Assembly: GCF_009914755.1 (NCBI RefSeq)
Contig: NC_060934.1
DNA from: the human T2T-CHM13v2.0 reference genome, Homo sapiens
Strand: one strand, 5' to 3'
Length of the DNA: 64,000 nucleotides
Made by a program: the position numbers and the translations under genes. Below, piece by piece: positions 57,654 through 64,000 of the stretch (its first letter is position 1; every line of letters begins with the position of its first letter). The notes under the pieces are model-generated. The model saw only the letters and a list, made by a program, of their open reading frames with translations. It was not told the origin of the DNA and did not search any database.

Positions 57654-59835
57654 GTAAGCCCTGAGCTATTTGCTAAATATTTGAGCAAACAGAACATTGT
57701 TTATTTAGTTCTTGTTAGCTTCTCATGTGCGTTCTTGGAATGCGGTTGTAGGTTTTCTGTTTGATTTTAAGGGAGGCCACAACCAGAAAAATCATAAGTC
57801 TGAATTAGAGAAACTACACAATCATTCTTTGCAATTTTTTTTTCTTCGATTCCTTGCCTGTTTCTGGTGACCTCTTTAGTTCCATGGTGCTTTTCCTGGC
57901 CTCACTCTTAAATGTGGGCTCTGAACGATTCTTCTTTTTTTTTTTTTTTTTTTTTTGGGTAGCTACTGGAGGCAATGGCCTGTGCTGGCCCTAAGGATTC
58001 AAAAGACTTTTAAAATTGTGTGTTCCCGAATAAAATGATCTCCACACAACTGGGTCTAAGAGGTCCCAAGCTTGCTTCTGATTGTTCCTTTCTCTGTCTT
58101 CATTTGTAAACACCCACCTCCCAGTTAAAAATGTCAGAGAGAAGCACTTCCTGCTGTAGTTCCTGTCTTGGTCCTCTTGAACCCTATTCCAAAGACAATC
58201 AGAGCTTTCAGTATCATGAAAGGTAAGGGTGAATGAACCTAAGGAGATTTTCTAATCCATTTCCCTTCTTGAAGCAGGATCACTCCTTAATGATCTCCAG
58301 GGAACAGTAGCCTGGAAACAGCAGAGGCTGATAGCAATTTAAGATAGTCCATCCTAAGTTTCCAACCAACTTGATTGTTTTACAATCTGGGTCTCTCTCA
58401 AGTTGTGTTCATCAGGAAAAAATTCACAAAACTTTTCATGGAAAAAAGTCCTTGAGCAACATATTTAACAGCCATATGCTGGTATATCATCTTAATTTGA
58501 TATTATTTAAAATTAAGAATATTCAGCAAGAAAACTTTGTAAAACAGACTTATGTTTTCAGTGTTTGGGGCAAGGACATTTATTAAGTAGTGACAACTTG
58601 TATCTTTTGCAATGCTGTGTCCTTAAGCAGTTTCTAGTGGAACTGTGTAAATAATTAAGATCTTTGGAGCAGAAGCGTCAGAGAGGTTGCCGAATGGTTT
58701 ATGGATCAGGAACTTTGCTACTGAGATTTTCAATTTATTTCTCAAAAAAACAGAGATACAAGGAAAATTTATACTGATATTCCTATCACTACTAGGTTAT
58801 TTTTAGTTATTTCATTTTTAATAATTTAATATTTTGTAATTATAGATTTAGAGCTACATGAATAAATATTTTATCTTAGATACTGACTTACTTTTTAATT
58901 TTGGATCTGTCATTTGAATGGGCATGAGTTAGTGTTTTAGGGGTGAAATATGGGAGGGAAATTAACCTATTTGATTACAACCTAAGTATATTTCAAATAA
59001 TACTAATATATAAAAAAAAATCTTCCAGAGTTTTAGAAATCACAATACATTTGCTACTAATATATTTAAATTTTACTTTTTTCTTTTTTCTGGATTTAAT
59101 ATTCAGAACTATATTATTTTCCTTCTGTTTCATATCCATTTTAAAAATTAGGTATTTTGGTTTACAAACTCTGAAAGAATTAGAAATTAAGAACAGAGCT
59201 TTGTAACCCTCATGTTACCTGGGAACACTTAGTTCTTAAAGTCTAAATAACATTTGTCTGAAAGCCCATGCCATTCTATCTGGGAGAGTTCTGCAAATTC
59301 ATGGGGAGCAGACATTTTCATGGTTCCCAATCCCACTACTTCTGAATCAGTTCAGTTTCTGGATGCGTCACTGTCTTGTGTTTGCTGGCCAGACTTCCAG
59401 CCATGTCGACATAACTGTGGAATTTTCCTCAAGCTTCTTTCTCCCTATCCCTTCCTTCTCACAAAATAGCCACTCACCAAGACATTTGGGGTGTGGAAGA
59501 TTTTACTGAATAATTGAGGAAAAAGACGGCAATGACGACCCTGTAAAAGTTTTCTCCATGTACACACACATCTACATACACACCCATGTTCACACATACA
59601 CACACACACACGCAGAACCATCTGAAATACAGAAAGCAGACTCCTAAAGCATGCACTGGTAAATTTTATTATTTGATTTTATTTTTAAGAAATAGATTCA
59701 CCTAGTTCACAAATAAAATCCACACAGAATGTCATGCATTGGGAAGATCCACTTCATTTCTATCTGCATGCATCCTATCCTCTACTCCCACCTACTAGAG
59801 GTAATCACTTTTATAAGTTGTTTTTATATCCTTTC

Positions 59836-60192
59836 TGTATTAGTCCATTTTCAAGCTGCTCATAAAGACACACTAGAGATTCGGCAACTTAAAAAAGAGG
59901 TTTAATAGACTTACAGTTCCACGTGGCTAGGGAGGCCTCACCATCATGGTGGAAGGTGAAAGGCACTTCTTACGTGGTGGTGGCAAGAGAGAATGAGAAC
60001 TAAGAGTAACGGATTTCCCCTTATAAAGCCATCAGATATTGTGAGACCCACTCATTACCAAGAGAATAGCATGGGAGAAAACACCCCCATGATTCAATCG
60101 TCTCCCACCAGGTCCCTCCCACAACAGGTGGGAACCATGGGAGCACAATTCAAGATGAGATTTGGGTGAGGACACAGAGCTAAACCATATCA
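59836..60192 (-). mobile_element. THE1B/C solo LTR
   Basis: tgtattagtccattttc...caagatgagatttgggtgaggacacagagctaaaccatatca; TSD ctttc/ttttc. Confidence 0.95.
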
Positions 60193-61507
60193 TTTTCCAA
60201 ATCTGTTTTTGCAAACATATAAACTAGTTATCCACTTTCTTAAATAACATACTGTATACACCGTTTGCACCTTGCTGTTTTCATTTATTAATACATCCTG
60301 AAGAGCTTCTCCATTCTTCCTTATAGATGCACAATATTTCATTATGTGGATGCACTACAGTTAACCAGACTCCTATTGTTGGACAAATTGGGTAATTTCC
60401 AGTCTTGTGTTATTACAAATGTTGCTGCAATGAATAATCTTTTATATTTGCCGTTCTATAAATATAGAATTATTTATAGGATAAATTCCCAGAAGTAGAA
60501 TTGCTAGGTCAAGTGGTAAATGCATTTGTAATTTATATAGATGTCTTCCATAATGTTTGCACTGCCCTGTACACTAGCAGGATATCTGAGTGCCTGTTTC
60601 TTCACAGCTCTGTCAAAAGTGTGAGTTGTAAAACTTTGGGGTTTTGGTAATCTGAGGTGTGAAAAAAGTAGCCTTTATATGTCATTTTAATTTGCATTCT
60701 CAAATTACCTGTAAGCCATTTGTATTTTTCTGTGAACTATCTGCTCAGGTTTTTTTTACTGCTTTATTGCCTCATTAGTCTTTTCCTTCTCTATTTCTAA
60801 TAATGTTTATATATTAGGGAGATTAGTTCTCTTAGAGAAGAATGAGTTGCAAATGTTTTTCTAATTTCTCATTTGTCTTTCAAATTCATATAGCCATGCA
60901 GAAGTTTTTTGGTTATTTTCCCTCTTTCTAAAGTTTGGGTTTGTTTTTATTGATATAGGATTATTTTTGGTTTTGTTTATATATTTGTTTTTAATGGCTA
61001 GTGGATTCCAAATAACTAGTAGCAAAGTCTTCACTTCATTTGTTAAAAAGGAATCAGCTCATGTTTCAATGTGGTGCTTTAATTCTAATGCAATAGATTG
61101 AGGTATGAATACAATCTTATCTTTTTCCAGATAGCTACATGGTTCTCCCAATCCTATTTTTAGGGTATGGTGAATCTATATTTACTTCAATTATTCGAGC
61201 TGTCACGTTAATCAGATACTAAGTTCCAAAATGTGTTGGTATTTATGGACTTTTCCTCTGTTCTTTTGGTCTGTTACCTTTTCATGCAGTGACACTATAT
61301 TATTAAAGCAATAGTGTATTTAATTATCTTCTAGGGATACATATCCTTATTGCTTTTATTTTAAATAGTTTTCCTGGTTATCCTTACTTGGTTATTTTTG
61401 AGATGAACTTTAGTATCAGCTTGCTTAGTTAAAAAGACTGATACTTTTTACTAAAATCACGTTACATTTAAAAAGAATAATGTGCATTAGCCCATCCAAG
61501 AACATAG

Positions 61508-61585
61508 TATGCCTTTATATTTTAAAGTCTATTTTTTTAATTTTTATATGCCTTTATATTTTAAAGTCTATTTTTTTAATTTTTA
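61508..61585. repeat. perfect 39-bp tandem duplication
   Basis: tatgcctttatattttaaagtctatttttttaattttta twice. Confidence 0.95.
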
Positions 61586-62189
61586 AGGAGTGTTTTAAAT
61601 TTTTGTCATATAGGTCATGCCCACTTCTCATTAAGTTTATTCCTAGATATCATCTCTTAATTGGCTCAAATTTGTCTTTAGTATTTAATTCCAAAAGGAC
61701 TCATGGGAATAAACATTTCATAGGTTCTTATATATTCAAGGCTATTATACAGCAAGTGCCTTTGTACAAGATTATTATATAGCAAGTGTCTTTGTACTTT
61801 GAACTTGCCTGAGTATAAAACCCTTGGCTTTCTCTGTCCTTGCTTCAGCATTGTTTAACTATTGTTGCATCCTGTTTTAGCATTAACCGATGCCATAAAG
61901 AAGTCTGATGCCAATCTAGTTTCCTTCTTCTGAGAGATGTGATCCTTTTGCCTGCCTTCTTTTTAAGCCCATTGCATTTAAATTCAATAGTTTTATTAGG
62001 CTATATCCCATGTTGGGTCTACAGGGTCCATTTTTCCTGAAAAGTGGCATGTCTATTTACATACATATGTTCAAATCCTCTTTAATTTCAGGAAAGTTTT
62101 CTTATAGTTTTAAATATTCACCCCCCAAAACCCTCCTTTCACTCTGCTATACTGTATTTCACATTTATATGATAATTCATTGGCAGACT

Positions 62190-62400
62190 ATAACATTTGG
62201 AAGTGTATATTTTATATGAGGCTTTGCCTGAGCTAGTTTACATGTTATTATAAGAACAAATGCTACCTACTTACAACCCCATGTGATAGGCATTAATATT
62301 CCCATTTTACAGATGGTGATCAAGTCTCAGAGCTGGTAGGTGTCAGAACTGAGGCTTATGCCCCAGAGAAAGATAGGCTTTTTCCACAAACCATTATTTT
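62190..62400 (-). mobile_element. MIR
   Basis: ttacaaccccatgtgataggcattaatattcccattttacagatgg. Confidence 0.7.
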
Positions 62401-63262
62401 CCAGTGTATCATCAAGAACAAAAGGTACACATACACAGATTGCATGATTACATAGAGAAAAATATATTCATTTTTAGATGCTCAATTTTCTGAATACAAG
62501 GCAACATGAAAGAATTTTTTAAACGGCAAATATAAGCAGGGGTTTTTTGTTGTTGGCCAGCTGGTTATTTCCTTAATTTTGGACCACACAGAACATCTGT
62601 TTAAGATTTTAAAAATTCCCATTCAGAGAGGAAAAACGCTGTGGAAACTGATTTCTTAACTATAGAACTAGACCTTCCTGGCAAATCACAAATATAATAC
62701 ACTTTTATTTGAATGAACAAAGCTCTCCCAGGTGACGTATTTGTTGAACTTTTGTCATAACTTACTTTAAAAATGAAAGATGCAACAAGATAAAGTTCTA
62801 GGTATATCTGAGTCAGAAAAAAAAAAATATTCACACTTATGTAGTCCTGTCTCCCTATTCCACAGATGAGAAAAACCAAGACAGAGAAAACTGGAGGCAA
62901 GAGTCCAAGGTTCTGGAAGAGATGGTTAGATTAGGACCTGGAGATTCTTTCAGCATTGGAAACAGTCCTTAGTATGAGGAGAGAAAGAGATTAAGAGGAG
63001 GAATCAACTGAACAATATGCCTCTCAGATATACTCAAGTGAATACATTGCCCCTAGATTTTTTTTACTAAAACATAGTGCAATCAAAAGTCAAAATATCA
63101 TATTAGTTAATAAAAAATTGTTTTGATATATGCAGTAAAAGGGAATTGAAACCATTATTTCCAAATTGATAGTGTCATATAAATTCACCCACATGTGAGT
63201 CCAACATATTTTGACAAACTCCCTTCCTGGTCTTGCACTTTGCTTTACGTTTGTTCCAACAG

Positions 63263-63293
63263 GAGTTGATGTTTTAGGTATACATGCCAAAAG
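63263..63293 (+). other. candidate 31-nt exon
   Basis: Long AG-free pyrimidine tract ending ttgttccaacag; donor AAG/gtaata. Confidence 0.45.
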
Positions 63294-64000
63294 GTAATAT
63301 GAAACAGGAGTGGGGATAATTATGGTTTACCTCGGCATGTTGAAAAGCAAGGAGAGGCCAAATATTATATGCAGACCCATGAATCAGAGTAGATACGAAG
63401 CATATACAATATATTGAAGTGTGTCTTGAACACCTATTTATTGGCAGAGGTGAAATGCAATAAAAACTTTCTCAAAACCATCAAAAACATTCAAAAACAT
63501 TAAGTTTGAATTTGACCCACAGAGATTGATCACAATTGAGGAATCTTACCTCCAAGGAGAAATTGTTCAATTGATCCAAGGGGAATTCAATATAATTTGA
63601 AACTATTCTCACCTTACAAGATTGTCTTCTTAAATTAATTTTGACCTTCAAGAAAATGAATAGAGAAATAACTCATTGTATCACCTGCCAAACATTTGTG
63701 ATGTTCATTGCTTTAATAATAAATTGTTAGTGCCATAAAGACTTCTATTTTGACCTCTTGTATAGAGGCTAGCAGTGGATATCTGGCTAAGCCATCTTGC
63801 TTGTTTCACTGATGGGTGTCCTAGTGATTGGCTCACGTATCCCAGTGTCTCTTGATCAGTAGGGGGCAACGTGATATAACACACATCCAGACAGAATAAA
63901 CCATATTGTGTCAGCATTCTTCAGAGCATTAGAAGGCCTGGACAAAATTAGGTGTTTATAAGAAAAAAGTGAGATTCCTTAAGAAAGTTAAAACCCACTA

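Larger units (their letters stand above)
59660..62110 (-). mobile_element. L1ME-type antisense fragments
   Basis: gaggtaatcact, tattacaaatgttgctgcaatgaata, ggataaattcccagaagtagaattgctaggtc, ttaagtttattcctagat, agaagtctgatgccaatct. Confidence 0.8.

Overview
AT-rich, CpG-depleted primate (most likely human or great-ape) intronic or intergenic DNA, dominated by transposable elements. It holds a 5'-truncated L1PA2-type LINE-1 (3098-7456) with an inactivated ORF2, about 15 Alu/FLAM elements, MaLR LTRs (MLT1, MST, THE1), ERV1/ERVL LTRs, Tigger and hAT-Charlie MITEs, and old L1M, L2 and MIR fragments. I recognise no host protein-coding exon, tRNA, rRNA or CRISPR array, and I could not identify the locus. 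Repeat subfamily names come from recalled consensus features, not from a search. The most interesting non-repeat structure is a ~350-bp diverged local duplication whose upstream copy is flanked by a 17-bp target-site-like repeat with no poly(A), i.e. an apparent ancient templated insertion (22484-24135). Also notable are three tandem hairpins between the two copies, an ancient LTR followed by a tRNA-Gln primer-binding site, a recursive-splice-like site, an AP-1/NRF2 cluster, and a haematopoietic-type promoter candidate near 51.6 kb with plausible downstream exons. I found no convincing evidence of a new multi-gene system.
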